This document shows positions 8,709 through 16,677 of a stretch of 41,423 nucleotides of DNA, one piece after another; the stretch's first letter is position 1, and each line of letters opens with the position of its first letter. This DNA comes from a virus (taxonomy: Duplodnaviria > Caudoviricetes). The stretch spans positions 1 to 41,423 of IMG/VR virus record IMGVR_UViG_3300017655_000068; one strand, 5' to 3'. The notes under the pieces are model-generated. The model searched no databases. It was given only the letters and a program-made list of their open reading frames with translations, and was not told where the DNA came from. Both the position numbers and the translations under genes were made by a program.

Positions 8709-10942
8709 TCCGATTCCTCCTTCGTTTTAAACCACTTTTCTACAGGAACGCCTTCGCCCCATCTACGCATCACTTCGAGATCAGTACCGTTAGGCACAAC
8801 GTCACCCCAACGATAAGACTCGACCATTATGTCGCGAATATCTTCCGCCTCTGCTGGCATAAAATCCTCTGGTACTTCGAAAATTAACTCGTCGTGAACG
8901 CTTGCCCATAACGACCATCTAGGTTTATTAGCGCAATATTCATGCGCTCGTAGCATCGTAACTTTCGTTTGTATTGACGAACTGCCTTGAACGCGAGCAT
9001 TAGTCGCCTGCCTTAGCGCTCGATTAATGGCTGCGTTATGCTTACGAGACTCTTCGTATTTCGGATCGTTCCATTTTCCATACGGAATATCCTTTCGCTT
9101 CTTTTTAGCGTCAGGCAATCGTCGTTTACGCGCTTGCTTATCCGTCCAAACGAATCCGTTCTTCTCTACGAATTTCTTATTTCCGTCGATCCATGCGTTA
9201 AGTTTCGGCATACTTTCGAATAAGTCCGATTGGAATTGAACCGCAGCCTTAACGTCTACGCCGAGCATTTCCGCGAGTGAGTACTTAGACATTCCGTAAA
9301 GTGTCGCAAGCCAAACGACTTTCATCTGCTTACGTTCCTTCGTATCGGAGCCGTCTTCGTTCTTATAAACTTCCTCGTACGGTCGCTTGTAGAAGTTCGA
9401 TGCCATCATTGCGTAAGGATCTCGTTCTTCTAAGAAGGCGTTAATTAGTACCGGTTCCCCTGACAAGTACGCTACGCAACGGATTTCCTGCGCTTTAAAA
9501 TCGGCACCGATTAATACTTTTCCGGGAGGAGCTACGAACATCGGACGCGCCTCTTGCGGTTGATTCTGCGCGTTAAATCCTTGACCCGTCGTATCTTCTT
9601 CATCCTTGCCGGAACTGAAACGGCCTGTTACGGTTCCCATCGGATTGTATCGGGAGTGCCACCGCTTAGTCGTCGGATTCTGTTTCGTAGGTAAAGCATC
9701 GATGTAAGTTCCGGACAGTTTCGTTATTTTCTTGTATTCGAGTAAATCCGCTATAACTTCGAAGTCGTTTCGCAAAGGTTTCAGCGTTCTCTTGGCGTCC
9801 ATATTCGGTAACTGCTTGCCGATCGCTTTCGATAGTGCTGGGCGCATTTGCTGCGTAGAGTTTAAGTTCAACGGCTCATCACCTTCGTGAAACGGCGTCA
9901 ACACTTCGATTATCTTAGCGCTTAACTCTTCCGCTCGCTTACGTAACTTTTCTCCGTAGTCTTTCGAAAATTCTAAGTCGAGGATATATCCGTTAGCTTC
10001 CATTTCGACGATTACGTAAAGTAACGGAACCTCAACCGTTTGATAGTACTCGAGAATCGGAGGCATCTTCGCCATGTGATTTCGCTGAAATTCGTATAGT
10101 TTCCACGTTAATTCCGTATCCTTTGCCGCATATGACAACGCGATATCTAACGGAATATCTTTAAACTGCGCGTTCTTACCGAATAAGGTGGCGAACGTAT
10201 CAGACGGTGCGTTCAAGTATTTCGGCGCCAGATCCTTCAACTTAAACGATTCTTCATTTTCGTTTAGTAAATGCATTCCGGTCATAGTGTCCCATACAAC
10301 GCCGAGTAAATCGGAGCCGTGACGTCTGAACATCGCTATATCGAATATCGCATTATGGAGAACCTTTCCGATTGACTCGTCGTATAGAATCGGCTTCAAT
10401 CCGTTTAAAACGTAGTCTCGCGATAACTGTTCGCAATCCGTATGATCGACCGGAATATACACGTGCTTATCCGCTTTCGGTAAAGAGAAGGACATCCCGA
10501 CGATAACGTCCGTATAAACGTCAACGCCGGTTGTCTCAGTATCGACTGCGATAATTTCCTCGGTTTCCAACTCCGCTAACAACGATTCGAATTGCCGTTC
10601 GGTCGTTATTAGTTCGTAATTGGCCGGCGTTTCTTCGACCATCTTCCGTAATGTCTCTTCGCGTTGACTCTCCGCCAGTTGCTTATGCAGACGGAGCGCC
10701 TCCGCTTTGCTGAATCTTTTTCCGACGCTAGAGGGGTCTCTGCCTAACAGCCCCTCGCTAAACGCCGCTTTTACTTCGAGTAACTTCGCTTGATCGCTCT
10801 CGCTATTCTTCATCGATAGAATCCGTTGCCACGCGTCCTCCATCGTTTCCGTCGCCGCCTTCTTACGTTCGCCCGCCGCTTTGATGCGCTCAGTGGCGTC
10901 GTTATTACCTTCCGTTAAATTTAATCGTAGTTTTGGCGTCAT
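8705..10942 (-). CDS. polA: DNA polymerase family A with 3'-5' exonuclease
   Basis: AVDTETTG, LHNAIFD, YAAKD exonuclease motifs; TVTGRFSS, ADFKAQEIR, RKQMKVVWLATLYG, VHDEL. Confidence 0.96.
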   Translation of the reverse strand: MTPKLRLNLTEGNNDATERIKAAGERKKAATETMEDAWQRILSMKNSESDQAKLLEVKAAFSEGLLGRDPSSVGKRFSKAEALRLHKQLAESQREETLRKMVEETPANYELITTERQFESLLAELETEEIIAVDTETTGVDVYTDVIVGMSFSLPKADKHVYIPVDHTDCEQLSRDYVLNGLKPILYDESIGKVLHNAIFDIAMFRRHGSDLLGVVWDTMTGMHLLNENEESFKLKDLAPKYLNAPSDTFATLFGKNAQFKDIPLDIALSYAAKDTELTWKLYEFQRNHMAKMPPILEYYQTVEVPLLYVIVEMEANGYILDLEFSKDYGEKLRKRAEELSAKIIEVLTPFHEGDEPLNLNSTQQMRPALSKAIGKQLPNMDAKRTLKPLRNDFEVIADLLEYKKITKLSGTYIDALPTKQNPTTKRWHSRYNPMGTVTGRFSSGKDEEDTTGQGFNAQNQPQEARPMFVAPPGKVLIGADFKAQEIRCVAYLSGEPVLINAFLEERDPYAMMASNFYKRPYEEVYKNEDGSDTKERKQMKVVWLATLYGMSKYSLAEMLGVDVKAAVQFQSDLFESMPKLNAWIDGNKKFVEKNGFVWTDKQARKRRLPDAKKKRKDIPYGKWNDPKYEESRKHNAAINRALRQATNARVQGSSSIQTKVTMLRAHEYCANKPRWSLWASVHDELIFEVPEDFMPAEAEDIRDIMVESYRWGDVVPNGTDLEVMRRWGEGVPVEKWFKTKEESE

Positions 10943-10956
10943 ATTACACCGCCTTT

Positions 10957-11130
10957 CTATAGATCAACGCTAACTACGTGTTTCCGCTGATACTCCGACA
11001 CATGCTCCGTCAGCCATTCTGCATGACACGTCCGGTCGCAAAAGTAGGCGTCGGCTAGTTCGTCATAAGCTGCCGATTGACCTTCGTTAAGTGGTCGCGA
11101 ACAGTTGGCGCAGGTTGTTGACGGAATCAC
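10957..11130 (-). CDS. Small zinc-finger protein (57 aa)
   Basis: Hand-translated GTG start MIPSTTCANCSRPL...YFCDRTC; GTGA overlap, GAGG RBS. Confidence 0.7.
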   Translation of the reverse strand: MIPSTTCANCSRPLNEGQSAAYDELADAYFCDRTCHAEWLTEHVSEYQRKHVVSVDL

Positions 11131-11519
11131 GCGCTGACCTCTTCGTTAATTTCCGTTGCAGTCAACTCGATCCAACGCTTGCTTGCCGTAGCTTCTGACG
11201 CCCAATATTCCATTAATCCGGAGCACTCAACCATATACACAGTGTCGCCGTCCACACCGAGCATGTAATCGACTTCCGACGGTTGATACGCTACTCCGTT
11301 ATTCTTGCGCCCGATGATAACCATTTCGTTATTACGGTCGGTTCTCTTACGCAAGGACTTCACCTGGAACGTTTTCCACTGCTTGTTTACCGGATCTTTC
11401 GCTACTAAATCGTACTCTTCCGCCATAACCGGTTGAGAAACCTCATACCCATTTGCAATTAGCGCCAATGTTGCGGTGATTTCCGATACCTTGCCGAGAA
11501 TTTGCGTTGTATGTGCCAA
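11127..11519 (-). CDS. PD-(D/E)XK endonuclease (PDDEXK_5-like), free-standing
   Basis: GKVSE...LIANGYEVSQP...YDLV...FQVKS, Y..SEVDY. Confidence 0.75.
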   Translation of the reverse strand: MAHTTQILGKVSEITATLALIANGYEVSQPVMAEEYDLVAKDPVNKQWKTFQVKSLRKRTDRNNEMVIIGRKNNGVAYQPSEVDYMLGVDGDTVYMVECSGLMEYWASEATASKRWIELTATEINEEVSA

Positions 11520-11520
11520 A

Positions 11521-11823
11521 TTACTTCGCCTCCTTTTTCGCTTTTAATATTTCGATAATTTCTTCGCGAGATTTTCCGAGTAGATTAAAAGCTTCTAATA
11601 ATATTTCGTAATCTTCGAAGTCCTCTCCGCGACAAAACTTACAACTTGTTTCTTGCTCCCATTCCGATCCTTTCGGAGTAAATCCGTCTTCCTCCGGACG
11701 TACCCCATCGCTTTCTGCGCACTCATCCGAACACCATCGATAACCGCATTCGCAAGACACGAAATAACCCGCGTCCGGAAACGTTTCTCCACAACTTTCG
11801 CAAGGATACCAATCTACGCCCAT
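11521..11823 (-). CDS. Cys-rich putative zinc-binding protein
   Basis: CESC, CEC, CSDEC, CKFC. Confidence 0.7.
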   Translation of the reverse strand: MGVDWYPCESCGETFPDAGYFVSCECGYRWCSDECAESDGVRPEEDGFTPKGSEWEQETSCKFCRGEDFEDYEILLEAFNLLGKSREEIIEILKAKKEAK

Positions 11824-11878
11824 TCAATCGCTCCCTTTCGTATTTTAATTAGCGTTGCTTTACGGAAGCTACGACCGC

Positions 11879-12664
11879 TTAAAAGTCGTAGCTATCCGCC
11901 TCAGTTTGTTCACCAATCTCCGTTACATCGTCATCGTTTCCGCCTTGACCGCTATTACCGCCGATAGATAATCCGATCAGAGTAATATCGAAGCCTGCTG
12001 CGACTAAGTTTTCGATTTGCGTCTTTTCGTCAGCTTCGAATAGGATACCGTCAAACAGTCCGACATTAAACGGCTGATCCGCTTTTTCAAAGTTAGCCCG
12101 CTCTACGTCCGTTAAATCTTCTTCCATATCGATAATTGGAGATAGCGAAACTTTAGTCGCTGTGCTTGCGCCAGTTTTCGATAGTTCGAACGCAATCTTG
12201 CCGAGTCTCTTCTCATACTTCGTGATAACCGCGTAAATGTCTAGCGCCTGTTGTTTCGTTAAATCGACGACGAAATCTTCGCCAGTTTCGAGGTTATGGA
12301 AGCCGAGCAAGAACTTCTCTTTACCGCGATATTTATAGCCTTCCTTCTGTAATTCGTCTTTCTTTACCGCGTCAGATTCAGCGTTAGCCTTATCGTAGTA
12401 GTATTGCGCTGCTTTATCCCACGGCGTAGGGTTTGCCGTAATAAATCCGCGCTCGTTTCTTTCCGCTGGATTCTTCGGTACGAACGAATGTACTTTCTTG
12501 AAAATTCCGTAGTTAAAATATTGCATCAAGTCCTCCGTACCTTTTACGCGAACCTTGAACGTAGTACCGGATTTGAACGGAGTAATTTCCGCCTTCGGTC
12601 CGTTATCGCTCCCTCCGCTTTGTAACGCTCCAAGTGCCGCAGCTCCCGTTTTAAATTGACTCAT
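11879..12664 (-). CDS. Probable single-stranded DNA-binding protein
   Basis: Gly-rich linker and acidic tail ending SYDF; lies in replication cluster. Confidence 0.6.
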   Translation of the reverse strand: MSQFKTGAAALGALQSGGSDNGPKAEITPFKSGTTFKVRVKGTEDLMQYFNYGIFKKVHSFVPKNPAERNERGFITANPTPWDKAAQYYYDKANAESDAVKKDELQKEGYKYRGKEKFLLGFHNLETGEDFVVDLTKQQALDIYAVITKYEKRLGKIAFELSKTGASTATKVSLSPIIDMEEDLTDVERANFEKADQPFNVGLFDGILFEADEKTQIENLVAAGFDITLIGLSIGGNSGQGGNDDDVTEIGEQTEADSYDF

Positions 12665-12853
12665 TTGACCGCTTCCCTTCGTTTCTATTATTCGAACACC
12701 GGATCCTTTCGGGTTAAAAACCCTTTCCCGCGTCCGTTGCGAGATACGAGTGTAAGTTACGTCCGAACGACGTTAGCCGCCGCGCTCTTTCTTAACGGAT
12801 CGCCATCGTATCTTCCAACGGAAGCAAGCGTAGCCTCCGTATTTATCGCTTCC

Positions 12854-12961
12854 TTATTCGTTACCTTTCCGTTCTTCCTTCGTAATAAAATGCATCGCTA
12901 CTATCGCCAAGAATACCGTACCTACTCCGAATATTAAATACGCCCAATCTTGCGTAGTCAT
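12854..12961 (-). CDS. Small single-TM peptide (35 aa)
   Basis: Hand-translated MTTQDWAYLIFGVGTVFLAIVAMHFITKEERKGNE; AAGGAG RBS, ATGA overlap. Confidence 0.65.
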   Translation of the reverse strand: MTTQDWAYLIFGVGTVFLAIVAMHFITKEERKGNE

Positions 12962-13521
12962 AAGTAAGCCGCAACTCCTTTCGCGATTATCGATTTCTCG
13001 CGTTTTACTTCGATAATTTCGTTATTTAACTCGTCGATACGCATCTCGACCGCTGACTTGCGAGCCTTTAGCGACATTATCTTCGCTTCAGATCTAGCGC
13101 GTAATAGACGGTAGTCAATCTCCGCTAGCTCAATTCGTAGCTCAGCGATGATTAGCGTATTTTTACGTTCGATCTTGCGTTCGTTAGATTCGAATCGTTC
13201 AAGTTCGCGCTGTACAACTTTCGCAACCTTTTCGCTAAGGAACGTTGGTACTTCGGATAATTTCGGACGTGGCGCTTCCACTTCGGTATGCTCCGGAAAC
13301 TTATAGACCGTCACTATTTCGTTAGCATCGCTTACGATAAATCGGATACGGTGGTTATGGTTGTCATAAACGTTTGCGACCGTACCATATCCGGTAGTCC
13401 TTCCGTTATAATAAGCCGTTTGCATTAGTTGATTAAGACGATTTTCCGCCTCGTTCTTCGTAAATCCAAGACGCTCGATCGCTCGATTAACGGCGTGCTT
13501 CGTAACTTCGTACCGTTTCAT
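12958..13521 (-). CDS. Hypothetical protein with C-terminal coiled coil
   Basis: N-terminal VTKHAVNRAIERLG...IVTVY, helical C-terminus. Confidence 0.75.
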   Translation of the reverse strand: MKRYEVTKHAVNRAIERLGFTKNEAENRLNQLMQTAYYNGRTTGYGTVANVYDNHNHRIRFIVSDANEIVTVYKFPEHTEVEAPRPKLSEVPTFLSEKVAKVVQRELERFESNERKIERKNTLIIAELRIELAEIDYRLLRARSEAKIMSLKARKSAVEMRIDELNNEIIEVKREKSIIAKGVAAYL

Positions 13522-13685
13522 CCGAGACGCACTCCTTTGATGGCGCGAAGGTAGTCCGCCGAGTCTTCGTCTGGTCCGATTGAACCGTTATAAATAAAAT
13601 CGCAGTTTTTCGTTAAAGGTTCGTTTACGTCGTTAATTACGCTAGAACCGTTTATATTCGTGGCTTTATCGTTATTTTTAATCAT
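13518..13685 (-). CDS. Small hypothetical protein
   Basis: GGAGG RBS before ATG 13685; overlaps next start. Confidence 0.55.
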   Translation of the reverse strand: MIKNNDKATNINGSSVINDVNEPLTKNCDFIYNGSIGPDEDSADYLRAIKGVRLG

Positions 13686-13746
13686 ACTTTCCGCCTCCAA
13701 CCCTTAGTCTATAAGCACTAAAGTAAATTTATTTTTACAAAAATGG

Positions 13747-13775
13747 TTTACAACCGCAGGTTGTTTGGCTATAAT
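13747..13775 (+). promoter_or_regulatory. SigA-type promoter, antisense to the main operon
   Basis: TTTACA-N17-TATAAT with A/T-rich upstream element. Confidence 0.75.
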
Positions 13776-13781
13776 AATCAA

Positions 13782-13935
13782 TGTAAGGCATACAGAAAAA
13801 CCTGTATTAGCCGTAACAAATAAGCCTACGGTTTGCCGATCGTTGGTCTTAAACAAATGTATTGCAATCAAACGTAATGCCTAAGCGTTTGATTCTAAAT
13901 TAGTCAAACTGTAGTCGCCAACTCTGTTTGACACT
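13782..13935 (+). ncRNA. Putative antisense/regulatory RNA with four hairpins
   Basis: Follows the sigA promoter, no ORF; stems TACAG/CTGTA, CCGTA/TACGG, AATCAAACG/CGTTTGATT, GTCAAAC/GTTTGAC with CGCCAA loop. Confidence 0.55.
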
Positions 13936-13979
13936 TAAACTCAAAACAAATTAACCATTAAGCATTTCGGTGATATTGA

Positions 13980-14600
13980 TTATCCTGCCAGGTAATCAGC
14001 GAGTCTGCCAAACTCATTTTCGTCGAAGTGCTTACCGAGATTTTTTAATCTGTACTGAACGGTTTGCTTTGATTCATTAACGAGGTTGCCAACCTCTCTC
14101 AAAGACAATTCCGGATTACTTTTAAAACAATTCACAATTTTTATAACTTTAGCGCCGTTCTTGCCTGAACGAGCTACTAATTCAGAGACCAACGCCAATT
14201 GGTCTTTTTTGCTGTTGACCGATAATTCCATTTCAGACTTCGCATTATACTTTAAAGTATCCGATTTATAATCCGCCTCACCTAGCTCGTCAATGTCTCG
14301 ATGTCCTTCGGGGTACCAATCCCTAATTACATCGGTGACTGCGTTCTGTGATGCTCGGAACCAGTATGTAGAAAACGCTGCCCCCATTTCGATTTTCCAT
14401 CGGGTTAATGCGATAACAAACTTTTCTCGAAGCGCACTCATGAATTCGTCTCTTTCGATGTCAGTTTCGATAGACTTTACGGCAGCCAACCGTTTCATCT
14501 TCGGCTCAAACATCGTATAGAGTCGTTCGAATGCCTCCTCATCTCCGTTTTGATAATCGCAAGCTAACTGATTAACTAAGATGCGGTTAACTTTGGACAT
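13980..14600 (-). CDS. Phage-encoded RNA polymerase sigma-70 family factor
   Basis: YQNGDEEAFERLY...AAFSTYW region 2; C-terminal HTH LSLREVGNLVNESKQTVQYRL. Confidence 0.8.
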   Translation of the reverse strand: MSKVNRILVNQLACDYQNGDEEAFERLYTMFEPKMKRLAAVKSIETDIERDEFMSALREKFVIALTRWKIEMGAAFSTYWFRASQNAVTDVIRDWYPEGHRDIDELGEADYKSDTLKYNAKSEMELSVNSKKDQLALVSELVARSGKNGAKVIKIVNCFKSNPELSLREVGNLVNESKQTVQYRLKNLGKHFDENEFGRLADYLAG

Positions 14601-14640
14601 TCACATCGTTCCTCTCATTATTTAATTGTTGTTTTTTCTT

Positions 14641-14677
14641 ACACTTATTTATACGGAGAAATTAGCCTAGCGTCAAA
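14641..14677 (-). promoter_or_regulatory. Phage-specific promoter motif, copy 2 (upstream of sigma gene)
   Basis: Minus TTGACG-N15-CGTATAAATAAGTGTAAG. Confidence 0.7.
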
Positions 14678-14845
14678 AAACTTTTAAAATATTTTTCTAT
14701 TTTATTTTGTCGAGTAGGCTTGGGTTAATTTACCGTATTTTCATTTTACTACTTAGGTTACAAAAAGACAACCATTAATTCGAAATAATTGAAACTTTTT
14801 TGAGGGTCGTGCGTAATGTGGTATAATCTTCCTCGGAGGTGCGAA

Positions 14846-15070
14846 ATGACGGTCGAAGTACGCATCAAGCGTTGTCTACTTCGCGACCGACGCAAGCGCG
14901 CTGGCTTATCGCAGCAACAAGTCGCAGAACTGCTAGGCGTAAGCAAGTCACGCATTTCCGAGTATGAAAACAGCGAAATCAACATGTCCATTCTTACCGC
15001 TAAGAAGCTCGCTGTCATATGCGGCTGTGATATTAGCGATCTATTTATCTTCGAAATATCACGCAAGTAG
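14846..15070 (+). CDS. XRE-family HTH regulator
   Basis: RKRAGLSQQQVAELLGVSKSRISEYEN; GGAGG RBS; extended -10 TGGTATAAT at 14819-14827. Confidence 0.88.
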   Translation: MTVEVRIKRCLLRDRRKRAGLSQQQVAELLGVSKSRISEYENSEINMSILTAKKLAVICGCDISDLFIFEISRK

Positions 15071-15192
15071 GTCGGTCGCAGACGGAGGTATTTAATTTTC
15101 TCGCTCCGTCTAGGCGAAAGTTCCGCTCTACCGTAACTTGTATTTATTATACTACTTTAACGGTTAGACTTTCGACATATATTCGTCGACAT

Positions 15193-16167
15193 TTAGGGTC
15201 GCATCTTGTCGAATCTAAGCGATTCTACCGAATTGGTACGAATTACCTGTAGATTTTCCGTGACTAAAGCCTCGTTTGCATCCTTCGCTTGTATCCCACG
15301 CCAGTCCACCGACTCTAATTCGACGTAACCTCGCATCTTTCTTTCGACCTGTTCCACCAACTTAGCGCCAGCCTTATCGTTATCCGCCGCGATTATTAAA
15401 TGCTCGATCGGACTACGCTTAATCATATCCGCTTGCACGTCCGTAAAATTGACGCCACCGACGGCTATTCCGAACTTCCCAACGCTCGCCCACGACATCG
15501 CATCTATTTCCGCCTCACATAGGACGGCCGACCTAATCGAACGCGAGTGTACCACGTTGAGCCCGTAGACTAATTCGCGAATAGGAACCGCTCCTTTTTC
15601 GTACCAGAACGTTTTCCCTCGGATCAACCGATATTTAACGTTAGCAAGCCGTCCTCGCGCGTCATACCACGGAATTACGACCGCTTGCCTATTGCGGTCA
15701 TAACCAACGTTATATAACCGCTGAATCTTATCCGGGATTGCCCGCTTCTCTAAATACGGATGCCGATAGCGATATTCCGATAATAGATCCTCGCTAAGAT
15801 AGCGCCGTTCCTTTGCGATTTCTAGCTTCGGCAGCTTCAGCGTTATTTCACCGCCTGACCAATCAGCCGCGTAGCTTTCGAGCAAATAATCCTCCGTCTC
15901 CTCAAACGTTTCATTACGCAGAAACGATAGTAACTTAACGAAACCGCCCGACTTCCACTCTTCGTCATAATATCCGGAATCGCTCCAGGTGCCTGCGTAA
16001 TCGCCTTCGGAAAGGTTTACAAAGAACGACGGCGTTCGGTCATATCTGAATGGACTTGCTGCGAGTAGTTTATCGGAAGTCCAACGTGGTCTCGTCCACT
16101 CGAACGCTTCAAGCTCCGCCACTAAGTCGACGTCCACCGGTCGACTGCGTACTCTTATTATCGTCAT
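15193..16167 (-). CDS. DNA primase (Toprim)
   Basis: SPFRYDRTPSF, VLCEAEIDAMS, AADNDKAG, KDANE. Confidence 0.9.
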   Translation of the reverse strand: MTIIRVRSRPVDVDLVAELEAFEWTRPRWTSDKLLAASPFRYDRTPSFFVNLSEGDYAGTWSDSGYYDEEWKSGGFVKLLSFLRNETFEETEDYLLESYAADWSGGEITLKLPKLEIAKERRYLSEDLLSEYRYRHPYLEKRAIPDKIQRLYNVGYDRNRQAVVIPWYDARGRLANVKYRLIRGKTFWYEKGAVPIRELVYGLNVVHSRSIRSAVLCEAEIDAMSWASVGKFGIAVGGVNFTDVQADMIKRSPIEHLIIAADNDKAGAKLVEQVERKMRGYVELESVDWRGIQAKDANEALVTENLQVIRTNSVESLRFDKMRP

Positions 16168-16169
16168 GT

Positions 16170-16364
16170 TTATTCTCCTCTCTTTTTAAAGTAAAATTCC
16201 ATATCCAATGCTTCGAATATTTTCAAACATATTCGGTAATCGTAATTTACGTTTCCTTTTTCGTATTTACTAATGCATTGCTGAGTTACACCTGCTTTTA
16301 CCGCAAGTTCTTTTTGAGTTAGCCCTGCATTGAGTCTAAAACGTTTGATTTCTTTCCCTACCAT
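16170..16364 (-). CDS. XRE-family HTH protein
   Basis: GLTQKELAVKAGVTQQCISKYEKG; AGGAGG RBS. Confidence 0.88.
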   Translation of the reverse strand: MVGKEIKRFRLNAGLTQKELAVKAGVTQQCISKYEKGNVNYDYRICLKIFEALDMEFYFKKRGE

Positions 16365-16677
16365 GATGTATACCTCCTACGTAAATCAACTCCCACTTAT
16401 TGTATAATAAATTTATAAGGTACGTTTGGTTCTATTCGGGCATAATTTAATGTTTTTATTAACATTTTCATTCTAGGAACGTAGTATACATCAGCATTTT
16501 GCTAGGATTGTTGCTGTTTCCCAAAGCTATCCTACAGATGCACCAGTCCCATGTAAACCACCACTTCCTACTGTTTTTTCGAACAATTTACCTATTGAAA
16601 AAAATAATGGACATCTACTACCTTGAGAACATCTTGTTACGTATTATAACAACAAACATTGTGAATTCACATACAAA

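Noticed and set aside
12738-12757. Extra copy of the phage promoter motif (GTGTAAG) on the plus strand
   Set aside because: No CGTA/CGTC at the right spacing and no TTGACG; the sequence is part of the RNA stem
13782-13935. Mini CRISPR array or repeat-spacer guide array
   Set aside because: The hairpins have different sequences with no direct repeats; no cas genes, and the Cas4-like fold at 6766 is a typical phage exonuclease
16533-16553. Arbitrium-like signalling peptide (MGLVHL)
   Set aside because: No signal peptide precursor and no TPR/RRNPP receptor gene in the window
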